A DNA stretch of 44,243 bases from a virus (lineage: Duplodnaviria; Caudoviricetes): positions 1 to 44,243 of the IMG/VR virus record IMGVR_UViG_3300008255_000196. The stretch is one strand, 5' to 3'. Made by a program: the position numbers and the translations under genes. Shown piece by piece: positions 1 through 7,439 of the stretch. A model generated the notes under the pieces. It was not told the DNA's origin. It searched no databases and saw only the letters and a list, made by a program, of their open reading frames with translations. Every line of letters begins with the position of its first letter. The stretch's first letter is position 1.

Positions 1-103
1 AGGAACAAGCACCAAGGCCAAGAAGAAAGACACCGCGCCGGGAAAGAACACAATTACCCCAGACCGCACAGTCCCGAAAGAGGCGACCCGAAGATCGCCC
101 CTT
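1..103. repeat. Terminal duplication, segment A (left copy)
   Basis: Identical to 44027-44129; diverges at position 104 (aag...) versus 44130 (ttt...). Confidence 0.97.
77..101 (-). terminator. Intrinsic terminator-like hairpin with cUUCGg loop (duplicated at ~44103-44127)
   Basis: Minus strand GGGGCGAUC-UUCG-GGUCGCCUC then UUU: 9-bp stem with two G-U pairs, ~20 nt after the stop of ORF 121-363. The U-tract is short. Confidence 0.65.
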
Positions 104-120
104 AAGAACAAGACCGGCAA

Positions 121-363
121 CTAAGCATAGACCGGGAAGTGACAAGAGATCGAGTCAGACACCGACTCACGCAGATCCTGATTCTCCAACCAATCATCCT
201 GACTCCCAATGACATCGCCGTCAGAGGTCAGCAAACCGGCAACACCACAACCCTCTGACCGACAATAGCAGAACGAGATATAACGATCGATAAGATCATC
301 GACCAACTCCTCCCCGAGATCACCGAACTCCAAGACGAAAGCATAATGATTAGACAGATTCAT
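121..363 (-). CDS. Small acidic hypothetical protein (~80 aa, no Lys)
   Basis: ORF 121-429 trimmed to the ATG at 363, next to the upstream stop at 365; D/E-rich; followed by terminator. Confidence 0.6.
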   Translation of the reverse strand: MNLSNHYAFVLEFGDLGEELVDDLIDRYISFCYCRSEGCGVAGLLTSDGDVIGSQDDWLENQDLRESVSDSISCHFPVYA

Positions 364-364
364 A

Positions 365-739
365 TTATTTAGGGACACTAATTGATAATCCCGACTCAAC
401 GGCAAAGCCGAAACCGAACTGTTGAGCAACCGCCCAGGACAACAGATGATCCATCAGGTCATCAGGAAGCGTCGTACCGGCTCCCAGACCCGACAGAGAG
501 AGAAACCAGCGAGAGTCATCCCCAGAGAACACTGGAAAGACAGCACGACCCATTTGAGAAGCCCGACACAAGAAGTCGACAGCATCATCATCCTCCCGGT
601 GATCAAAGGATTCCACACGAGGATCGCGCAACTTAACCGAAGCGAAGAACAGAGAGGGATCGGACACATTGAACTGACGACAGAAGAACTCACGGTCAGA
701 CTCAGGAGAAGCGTTTTTAGAAAAGACAAGTAGTCCCAT
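365..739 (-). CDS. Hypothetical protein (124 aa)
   Basis: ATG start tightly packed between neighbours at 742 and 363. Confidence 0.6.
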   Translation of the reverse strand: MGLLVFSKNASPESDREFFCRQFNVSDPSLFFASVKLRDPRVESFDHREDDDAVDFLCRASQMGRAVFPVFSGDDSRWFLSLSGLGAGTTLPDDLMDHLLSWAVAQQFGFGFAVESGLSISVPK

Positions 740-741
740 AG

Positions 742-1107
742 TTATTTCGAAGAACTAAATGATAATTGGCGACCAAGACGGGTAACGGCGTAACCACCCA
801 AGAGCATGGCGAGATAACCGAGAGTGACAACTCCTTCACCGGCGACAGGACCGCGCAAACCAACATGGATGGGAAGCGACTCCTCCTTAAAATCATAGAG
901 ACTGACGAACACGCCGGAGACATTGAAATAGTAACAGCGAGACACCTTACCATCCAAGGACGAACCCTCGGGAACACCGAAGTGAGATTCCAACTCGGCC
1001 CAAGTAACGCCGTACAAATAACCGAGAAGCCCACCGCCGGAAGGCACCTCATCAAAACCAACACGAACCAGGAACGGGAACGGAGAGGAAGAGATTTTCT
1101 TTTTCAT
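742..1107 (-). CDS. Small phage early-type hypothetical protein (~121 aa)
   Basis: Likely start MKKKISS at 1107; pattern LxGYL..TWAELESHFGxP...DGKV...LYDFK...HVG recalls a common small phage family of unknown function. Confidence 0.65.
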   Translation of the reverse strand: MKKKISSSPFPFLVRVGFDEVPSGGGLLGYLYGVTWAELESHFGVPEGSSLDGKVSRCYYFNVSGVFVSLYDFKEESLPIHVGLRGPVAGEGVVTLGYLAMLLGGYAVTRLGRQLSFSSSK

Positions 1108-1134
1108 AGGTAAAAGAAATTGATAATAGACCCA

Positions 1135-1248
1135 TTTAAGCATAACCACAGCGCGCGTCAAGTCCTAATAAGTAGCAGTTGCTCTTATACAGACCTTGCC
1201 TGCCTTTAGGCCAGGATCCCACGCACCGATCATACCGAGCAACACCTC
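1135..1248. repeat. Terminal duplication, segment B (left copy)
   Basis: Identical to 44130-44243. Confidence 0.97.
1139..1161 (-). promoter_or_regulatory. Candidate promoter for the variable cassette
   Basis: TATGCT (-10-like, 1139-1144) ends 4 nt before the cassette junction; TTGACG lies upstream but only 11 nt away, so the -35 is doubtful. Confidence 0.45.
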
Positions 1249-1262
1249 GGTATGTCCCATAG

Positions 1263-1580
1263 CTATTTACACCCTCGCTTACAGATACCCAACATTGACC
1301 CATGGCTACACACACCAGGAAATAATCCAGGTGACAGTTTAGAGCCATCTGACTGGCTAGTGGTAGCAGATGGTTTGGTTTTGGATTTCGGATGAGTAGC
1401 TGACTGCGAAGCAGACGAAACAGATGGCGAGCTGACTTCAGTCGAATGGATTGCTGACGATGGATTAAGGAGTTCGACAATCATCACCTTTAGTAACCCG
1501 GACCGAGAGAAACCATTGTTATCACAATGCTCACCGAAGTCCGCCCATAATTTATCAGGAATAGAAATGGTTTTGATCAT
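1263..1580 (-). CDS. Ribbon-helix-helix (CopG/Arc-like) DNA-binding protein with Ser-rich linker and C-terminal Cys/His cluster
   Basis: KTISIPDKLWADFGEHC..NGFSRSGLLKVMI fits the beta-helix-turn(SRS)-helix RHH pattern; ends CSHG...CKRGCK. Confidence 0.7.
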   Translation of the reverse strand: MIKTISIPDKLWADFGEHCDNNGFSRSGLLKVMIVELLNPSSAIHSTEVSSPSVSSASQSATHPKSKTKPSATTSQSDGSKLSPGLFPGVCSHGSMLGICKRGCK

Positions 1581-1590
1581 ATTAAATAAG

Positions 1591-1619
1591 ATTATATAAC
1601 TTTATATAAGAATCAGCAA
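1591..1619 (-). promoter_or_regulatory. Sigma70-like promoter of the RHH gene, overlapped by tandem palindromes
   Basis: TTGCTG-17 nt-TATAAT on minus strand; two palindromic TTATATAA octamers 10 bp apart in the -10/spacer. Confidence 0.55.
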
Positions 1620-1702
1620 GTACCGAATGGATTGGATAATCAAAGCCACTGCCTGAATCAGGATGAAATTAAATATAAATGGCAATGCGATCATTATCAT
1701 AA

Positions 1703-1778
1703 TGGCCAGGCGGAGTATCGAACTCCAAACCTTTGATTCTGCCCGGAATCAACGCTCTTCCACTTGAGCTACCTAGCC
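1703..1778 (-). tRNA. tRNA-like gene with canonical body and anticodon arm expanded by 3 nt; isotype undetermined
   Basis: GGCTAGG TA GCTC AAGTGGAA GAGC G TTGATTC CGGGCA GAATCAA AGGTT TGGAG TTCGATA CTCCG CCTGGCC A; acceptor, D and T arms pair; no encoded CCA. Confidence 0.85.
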
Positions 1779-1787
1779 AAGACTGAA

Positions 1788-2375
1788 CTAACGTACACCC
1801 AGATGTAATACCTGGACACTGCCTATCCAAGCATACCCCATTTTCTGATAGACAGGATCAAGTAAATTATCATTGTGCTTGGGAGAACGCTTCCAGGCCA
1901 ACACCAAGGCCTCATTACACTCCGAATCCTTCCCCAGGTTCTCACCGGCATGACGATAATCATATCCAACATCATCCATAAAATCCCAAGGCTCAGTCCC
2001 ATCCGGAGAGGTGTGACCCCAATACCCATTGCTTATCATATCCTTGGCCTTTAGATATGCAGAAGCGTTTAGTCTATCATCAATCTTTAGCTCAGTAAGA
2101 TGGCTATTGGAACGATATTCATTGATCAGATTCAGCATATCCTGAGCCGACGTAGTACAGCTAGAAAGGCTGACAACCTCGACCGCCGGTATGTCATACA
2201 ATAAAGAATTTATATACCATCTAGAAATAGCATGGACAACTAGAAAGGCGAACAAGGAGAGTGCTATCGAGAAGTACAACCAAGGATTACTAAATGTCCG
2301 GCGTGCGGATGCTTTAAGACGGCGTTTGAATAAGCGCTTGGTTAGTAACGGAGAGAGGGGAGTTTGATCACTCAT
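1788..2375 (-). CDS. Membrane-anchored CAP (SCP/PR-1) domain protein
   Basis: N-terminal TM helix; LINEYR, KAKDM..GYWGHTSPDG, AGENLG, WKRSPKHNDNLL, MGYA motifs. Confidence 0.9.
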   Translation of the reverse strand: MSDQTPLSPLLTKRLFKRRLKASARRTFSNPWLYFSIALSLFAFLVVHAISRWYINSLLYDIPAVEVVSLSSCTTSAQDMLNLINEYRSNSHLTELKIDDRLNASAYLKAKDMISNGYWGHTSPDGTEPWDFMDDVGYDYRHAGENLGKDSECNEALVLAWKRSPKHNDNLLDPVYQKMGYAWIGSVQVLHLGVR

Positions 2376-2414
2376 AGGATTTGATATTGATAATAATTCA
2401 TTAATGCCATAGCC

Positions 2415-2600
2415 TTAAGAGATTGTCAAATCATTTCGCTTATTACCCATCCAGCGCATCATTCTACCTCCACACACCTCACAAATAGCGATGGCGGCTG
2501 GGTTGTTGTTCTTCTTAGCGCGGATCTGACGGACATCCAAGCCGGTACGATGCTGACGACAAGGGAGGCAATAGAAATAGCCAACGCCAAGTTTAGCCAT
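2415..2600 (-). CDS. Small zinc-ribbon protein (DUF5679-like)
   Basis: YCLPCR...AICEVCGGRMMR, 61 aa. Confidence 0.65.
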   Translation of the reverse strand: MAKLGVGYFYCLPCRQHRTGLDVRQIRAKKNNNPAAIAICEVCGGRMMRWMGNKRNDLTIS

Positions 2601-2687
2601 GCCAGTTGAAATAGAATAAAACTAGACCAAGAAAGGATAAACCCAGGAAAGTAAGAAAGATATAGTACTCTTCAAATAGATTGCGGT

Positions 2688-3206
2688 TCATTTCTTGATA
2701 CTAGATTTGGCTTTGATAAATGACTTGAAGTCTTCATTGAACTCATTGCGCTCTTCCTTGGGAGCACCAAAGAAGTTGACCTGGGTATAGGAGTTGCCGC
2801 CACCGGCATTGACACCACCGGGACCACCAGGGTTCTTAGGATCAATAATGATTCCGAATAACTTCATAATATCTTTGGTGTATTCCCGGCGCTCTTTAAA
2901 GTCAGCATGGAGAATGGCATTCTTGCCATAAGGCTTGGTGGCACGCAGACCATCAGCCAAGACCTCCACAATCTTGGTGTCGATAGGAATGCCATACATC
3001 TCCTGCACCTTTTTACCAAGTTCGAGAAGATAGTTCTTGACACCCTTGGACTCGCGCAAGAACCACGTTCCGACAGTGTCCACATCCTTCATTGCGTAAC
3101 CGGCGTCCTTTAAGGCGTCCTTTTGGGTTTTAAACTTACCGGAAAGAAGATTATCGACCACTTTCTTTTGCCTTGGGGTATATCCACCTTTCATTTGATC
3201 GGCCAT
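2688..3206 (-). CDS. Probable terminase small subunit
   Basis: TPRQKKVVDNLL...KDALKDAGY HTH-like start, helical middle and TQVNF beta tail typical of TerS. Confidence 0.55.
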   Translation of the reverse strand: MADQMKGGYTPRQKKVVDNLLSGKFKTQKDALKDAGYAMKDVDTVGTWFLRESKGVKNYLLELGKKVQEMYGIPIDTKIVEVLADGLRATKPYGKNAILHADFKERREYTKDIMKLFGIIIDPKNPGGPGGVNAGGGNSYTQVNFFGAPKEERNEFNEDFKSFIKAKSSIKK

Positions 3207-3211
3207 AGACT

Positions 3212-3511
3212 TTAAACCAGAGGATCGGCACCCAGATCTGTCGTGAATGGTTCTATACCACCGGATGCATCTTGATTAGTAATGATTTTGGTCTTAGGAA
3301 TGATTGGCTTAGGCTTAGGTGGGGGAAGAATGACACCACCCTTGAATGTCTTCCAGTCACCACCGAGAGATTTAACTATAGATGGCCGTGATACCTTGAA
3401 GCGCCGGGCAATCTGTTTCATGGATGGTTTACGGCCTTGAGGGGCATTACTCATCCACTCGCGGATGCTCTCGATCTCTAATTCAGTTAGACGTCTTTTT
3501 AGTTTGGGCAT
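3212..3511 (-). CDS. HTH DNA-binding protein
   Basis: SMKQIARRFKVSRPSIVKSL helix-turn-helix. Confidence 0.7.
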   Translation of the reverse strand: MPKLKRRLTELEIESIREWMSNAPQGRKPSMKQIARRFKVSRPSIVKSLGGDWKTFKGGVILPPPKPKPIIPKTKIITNQDASGGIEPFTTDLGADPLV

Positions 3512-3731
3512 GTTGTGCTCGTTTACTGGCGATCATTAATCTATACCTTACTTTAAAAACCAAGTCAAGTAGGAAATACCAGGCTGTGGCTAGAGAATTG
3601 AAAGGAAAGAACCAATATTCATCAGTCAGTTGATTGATGTTATGCCGGACGAAGTAATATGGAAAACCAATCCTGAAAGCGTTGCCATCAACCATTGCTA
3701 GGTAGGGGATGTAAAGGCGTAGTTTGATCAT
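3483..3731 (-). CDS. Hypothetical protein (~82 aa)
   Basis: ATG at 3731 overlaps upstream stop (ATGA). Confidence 0.45.
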   Translation of the reverse strand: MIKLRLYIPYLAMVDGNAFRIGFPYYFVRHNINQLTDEYWFFPFNSLATAWYFLLDLVFKVRYRLMIASKRAQHAQTKKTSN

Positions 3732-4105
3732 TTGAGTATGTATTGTACCGCTTCCCAAAGACTATCGCAAAGCTCATCGTTTCTGAACTTCCTAGTAGTT
3801 CCCAAACTGATATGATCGGGATAGATAACCAGAGCTGTCCGGTTTTGAATAAAATCAATCATCTGGCCGATAGAGAAGAGAGGATGACAGACCCTCTTCC
3901 GGTGAGTTTCATATTGTCCTTGGAAATCAGCCCATTCGGAAGTAACCATTTCCTTATCGCAGTGTACCACCACATGAATCTCATGATCCCCTAGATAGTT
4001 GGTGTAGTAAACATCGCCGATAGAGGGTTTCCACCAAGTTCGTAATGTCTCCTTGTGAGCAGGAATAAGGCTATGAAGATCTTCGGTGGTGATGTGTTGC
4101 TTCAT
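3728..4105 (-). CDS. Hypothetical phage protein
   Basis: 125-aa ORF with ATGA coupling; WWKPSIGD...PLFSIGQMIDFI...ELCDSLWEAV. Confidence 0.75.
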   Translation of the reverse strand: MKQHITTEDLHSLIPAHKETLRTWWKPSIGDVYYTNYLGDHEIHVVVHCDKEMVTSEWADFQGQYETHRKRVCHPLFSIGQMIDFIQNRTALVIYPDHISLGTTRKFRNDELCDSLWEAVQYILK

Positions 4106-4386
4106 AGCTTGTTTAACTCCTCCGGTTTATAGTATTCCACAGACTCCTTAGGATACGCTTTGGCAAATTCAGGGTTTGGCTTATCACTCGCGAACGGTTG
4201 GAGTAGATCCTTGCCATGCTGGTCTCGTTCAGTTTGTATCCTATTCGACTTCGAGATGGAAGCAAACTCATACCGTGGACCAACTCTCCCAATCGAATCC
4301 TTCTCTTGGCACCGGCGACACGGTATGATACCGTAGATTCTATCGTCAATGGCCAAGTGATCACAGTTTTTGCGTGGACATTTCAT
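4102..4386 (-). CDS. Hypothetical protein with N-terminal Cys cluster
   Basis: CPRKNC...CRRC; coupled to the next gene. Confidence 0.65.
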   Translation of the reverse strand: MKCPRKNCDHLAIDDRIYGIIPCRRCQEKDSIGRVGPRYEFASISKSNRIQTERDQHGKDLLQPFASDKPNPEFAKAYPKESVEYYKPEELNKL

Positions 4387-4561
4387 ATTCTTTTTTCATC
4401 TCGGCACCGCGTTTAATAACGGATGGTTTTACTCTATCCTGAGCATCAATAAACTCCTCAAGGGTGAAAACACCTTTCTCTATTAAAAGTACCAGTAAGG
4501 CGGCATTCTGAACGTCTACGGCAAGGAGTATATCTTCTATTTTTTTAAGTGGATTATCCAT
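4361..4561 (-). CDS. Small hypothetical protein
   Basis: Likely start MDNPLKK; LLIEKGVFTLEEF motif. Confidence 0.55.
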   Translation of the reverse strand: MDNPLKKIEDILLAVDVQNAALLVLLIEKGVFTLEEFIDAQDRVKPSVIKRGAEMKKEYEMSTQKL

Positions 4562-4817
4562 TTTCTTTTGGTTTATTCTTATTAAGCACATCAGTTAGAC
4601 TGTGGATAGGCAACTCCACCTCTTTATCAATCCGATCCTGCTCCGGCGTAGGAGAGTGAGAGATACCGGTATCATCCATATTCTGGTCCTCGTTGATGAC
4701 TTCAACTGTATCAGAATGCGGATTGACGATGAGTGATTGCTCCGCCTGGATTGGTATGTAAACGAAAACACCGTTCTCGTTCATCCCAACTAGCCCTAAA
4801 GGTTTGAAGCTTTTCAT
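4554..4817 (-). CDS. Hypothetical protein
   Basis: Fills the operon gap; start uncertain (overlaps the ninG-like gene). Confidence 0.45.
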   Translation of the reverse strand: MKSFKPLGLVGMNENGVFVYIPIQAEQSLIVNPHSDTVEVINEDQNMDDTGISHSPTPEQDRIDKEVELPIHSLTDVLNKNKPKENG

Positions 4818-5157
4818 AGAGTAGTTTTAGGTCTGCTAATGTCCACTTACGATCGATTAAAGCCCACTTCTTGAGTTGGCGATAGTAAGAGGCTCCTTTA
4901 AGTTTGATTATAAAATCCTCCCATTCAAGCGGACGATCAGTGTAGTAGCGATGTTTAGATGAAGAAAGACATATGGCGTTTCTGAGATCCCACCGGATGT
5001 TCTTATATGATCGACTGACTATATGAGCACACTGAAGCAACCTTGATGGGCCACCGGCCTGACACTCCCAATGATCGCGCATACGGACAATAAGGGAAAA
5101 AGTCTCGTCGCATTTGATCTTGTAATATCCTTTGGTGGCAGGCTTTGTTCGTCTCAT
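4711..5157 (-). CDS. NinG/Rap-like HNH-type recombination nuclease
   Basis: DETFSLIVRMRD..C...LQCAHIVSR...IRWDLRNAICL...H; some Zn-ligand Cys replaced. Confidence 0.7.
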   Translation of the reverse strand: MRRTKPATKGYYKIKCDETFSLIVRMRDHWECQAGGPSRLLQCAHIVSRSYKNIRWDLRNAICLSSSKHRYYTDRPLEWEDFIIKLKGASYYRQLKKWALIDRKWTLADLKLLYEKLQTFRASWDERERCFRLHTNPGGAITHRQSAF

Positions 5158-5161
5158 TTTG

Positions 5162-5527
5162 TCAATTAATTACTCGATCTGTGCCGTTGTTACTACCTGT
5201 TATCAAACTAGATTTGATAAGTGGTTTTTCGGGTAGTGGTTTTCCACGAAACTTATTGTGATTTTCAAAAGCAATTTGATCCAGGTAGTTGAGAGTAATG
5301 ACATTACCGTACTCAGCCAGGACAGCGAAGTCTGACCAGATACACAGAGCATTGATGGTTATCCCCCCGAAAGCGGCTCTCTCAGACTCTGTTAGTCCTT
5401 TATAAAGAAGTTCAAAATCTTTGACGAGATTGAGAACATCCCGAAGTTTATTAGCCACCTGATCCAGCTTGAAGCCGGAGAATCGGGGATCAAGAACCGG
5501 AACCGTTTTGACATCCACACTACTCAT
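5162..5527 (-). CDS. Hypothetical protein
   Basis: 121 aa, start overlaps the groEL stop. Confidence 0.6.
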   Translation of the reverse strand: MSSVDVKTVPVLDPRFSGFKLDQVANKLRDVLNLVKDFELLYKGLTESERAAFGGITINALCIWSDFAVLAEYGNVITLNYLDQIAFENHNKFRGKPLPEKPLIKSSLITGSNNGTDRVIN

Positions 5528-7109
5528 GACGATCCTCCTCTACCTCAAAGCCAATCAAACAATCAGTGGTGAGAATGCTCGTTCCAACGTTCACGGCGTT
5601 TTCTAGGGCCAGTCTGACCACCTTGGTAGGATCTATCACGCCGGATTCAAATAGGTTAGTCATCTTACCCGAAGCGACATCATATCCCAAACCGCTGTCT
5701 GCCTTGCTCTGGAGTATATCCTTGACGTTCTGATTGATGGTGGCATCATTCTCACCGGAATTAAACATCACCTTGCGCGCAGGAGACTCCAGTGCCTCCT
5801 TCAAAAGCTTCTCGCCGGCGGTATCACCATCAATGTACTTGGACAAATGGAGGAAGATTGAACCACCTCCAACAACAACCCCCTCTTTTCTGGCTGACTG
5901 AGCGGCACCGACGGCATCCTTAACCCTTTCTATATTCTCTCTCATATCAATCTCGGTCTTGGCCCCAACCTTAATGACCGCGACACCGGTAGTTAGACGA
6001 GCCAGTCTCTCCTCAAGCTTCTCTTTCTCAAAAATAGAGGTTTCATTTTCTTTCTGAATACGGAGAGAGTCTATTCTCTTAGTGATCTCCTCCTTATCTC
6101 CTTTACCACCGACAATAAGGGAAGAGTCTTTAGTGGAATTTACCTTTTTGGCGTGTCCTAGCCAGGATAGGTCGGCATTAATATCCACTTCGTACTTGTC
6201 AGACAAAACCTTGCCTCCGGTAAGAACGGCTATGTCTTCCAAATAATTGGTCTTATTATCACCAATCCCTGGAGCATTGATGGCAATGGCCTGAATATTA
6301 CCCTTACGCTTATTAGCCACCAGAGTAGCCAGAGCATCGCCGGAAATTTCAGTGGCAATGATGACAATGTCTTTGGTAGTCTTAGCCACCAATTCTAGTA
6401 AAGGCACAATTTCATCATTGAGAGAGATCTTCCTATCTGCCAGAATGATGGCCGGATCATTGACTACCGCCTCCATGCGATCAGCATTGGTGACGAAATA
6501 GAAGTGAGCATAACCTTTATCAAACTCCATACCTTCAGTCATCTCGACTACGTTCTCGGTCGTGCTATTCTCATCTACGGTCACCAGACCATCTAGACCA
6601 ACCTTATCTAAAGCCTCGGCCACTAAGGTACCAATCTCCGGACTGGTAGAAGATACCGTGGCCACCAGCTTAAGATCTTCCAATCCTCTACATTCACGGC
6701 TCATTTCTTTGAGAGCTTTGGTCAGTTTGGGTATAACCGCAAGGATGTCTTTTCTAAGGATCATGGCATTCTCGGCCTTATCAATCATCTCCATACCTCG
6801 ACGAACAATCTCGTAAGCCAGTAAGGTGGCGGTAGTAGTACCATCTCCGGCCTCCTCGTTGGTCTTCTGAGCGGCTACTTTGACCAAATTCATACCGATA
6901 GCTTTAAGAGCATCATCAGAGTCCATCTCCCTTGCTACGGTAACACCATCGTGAACGATGATCGGAGCCCCCCATTGCCTCTGAATGGCGACGTTGCGGC
7001 CTTTGGGACCAAGGGTGGTGGTGACGGCGTTGGCAAGCTCTTCTACCCCCTCCAGTAGCTTACGACGGGCATCGGCTTTAAATGATACGAGTTTTTTAAT
7101 TTTGGGCAT
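5520..7109 (-). CDS. groEL: Group I chaperonin GroEL (Cpn60)
   Basis: TLGPKGRNV, HDGVTVARE, AGDGTTTAT, EGMEFDKGY, APGIGD, ERLARLTTGVAVIKVGA, GVIDPTKVVR; no C-terminal GGM tail. Confidence 0.97.
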   Translation of the reverse strand: MPKIKKLVSFKADARRKLLEGVEELANAVTTTLGPKGRNVAIQRQWGAPIIVHDGVTVAREMDSDDALKAIGMNLVKVAAQKTNEEAGDGTTTATLLAYEIVRRGMEMIDKAENAMILRKDILAVIPKLTKALKEMSRECRGLEDLKLVATVSSTSPEIGTLVAEALDKVGLDGLVTVDENSTTENVVEMTEGMEFDKGYAHFYFVTNADRMEAVVNDPAIILADRKISLNDEIVPLLELVAKTTKDIVIIATEISGDALATLVANKRKGNIQAIAINAPGIGDNKTNYLEDIAVLTGGKVLSDKYEVDINADLSWLGHAKKVNSTKDSSLIVGGKGDKEEITKRIDSLRIQKENETSIFEKEKLEERLARLTTGVAVIKVGAKTEIDMRENIERVKDAVGAAQSARKEGVVVGGGSIFLHLSKYIDGDTAGEKLLKEALESPARKVMFNSGENDATINQNVKDILQSKADSGLGYDVASGKMTNLFESGVIDPTKVVRLALENAVNVGTSILTTDCLIGFEVEEDRHE

Positions 7110-7114
7110 AATAG

Positions 7115-7432
7115 TTATATTTCAATAATTCCTAATAAATCTCCTTGATCCACAAACATAATCTTTTTGGAGCCGATGTAGAAGTTGGACTCGCCAAATC
7201 GTCTATAGGCCACGACATCGCCTGGCTTGAGATCGAGATTGAGAAGTATTTCATCACCATCCACATTTAGTTTGGGAAGTCCCACCTCTACCACCACCCC
7301 TATCTGAGGTTGCTTATCGACCGATACTTCAATTGAAGATTTGGAGTTAATTTGGGCTAACTCCGAGCCGGCTGGTTTCAGTACCACAATACCTCGCGCC
7401 GGATGGATCATGGTCTCTTTGGACTCGTTCAT
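7115..7432 (-). CDS. groES: Co-chaperonin GroES (Cpn10)
   Basis: IHPARGIVVLK...GVVVEVG...LKPGDVVAY...DLLGII; directly upstream of groEL. Confidence 0.9.
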   Translation of the reverse strand: MNESKETMIHPARGIVVLKPAGSELAQINSKSSIEVSVDKQPQIGVVVEVGLPKLNVDGDEILLNLDLKPGDVVAYRRFGESNFYIGSKKIMFVDQGDLLGIIEI

Positions 7433-7439
7433 ATGATTA

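Larger units (their letters stand above)
104..1134. other. 1031-bp variable three-gene cassette, absent from the right-end copy of the locus
   Basis: Right end reads 1-103 joined directly to 1135-1248; no recombinase or terminal inverted repeats seen. Confidence 0.85.

Noticed and set aside
1-1130. Diversity-generating retroelement suggested by the A-poor coding strand
   Set aside because: No reverse transcriptase and no TR/VR pair differing at adenines; the duplicated segments are identical
104-1134. IS element, intron or integron cassette
   Set aside because: No transposase, integrase or RT, no terminal inverted repeats, no clean target duplication, no attC-like or intron core structure seen
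1703-1778. tRNA fragment as attP, or assignment as tRNA-Pro(CGG), Ala(GGC) or Cys(GCA)
   Set aside because: The gene is full length and no integrase is present; the expanded loop lacks U33, so no anticodon can be assigned
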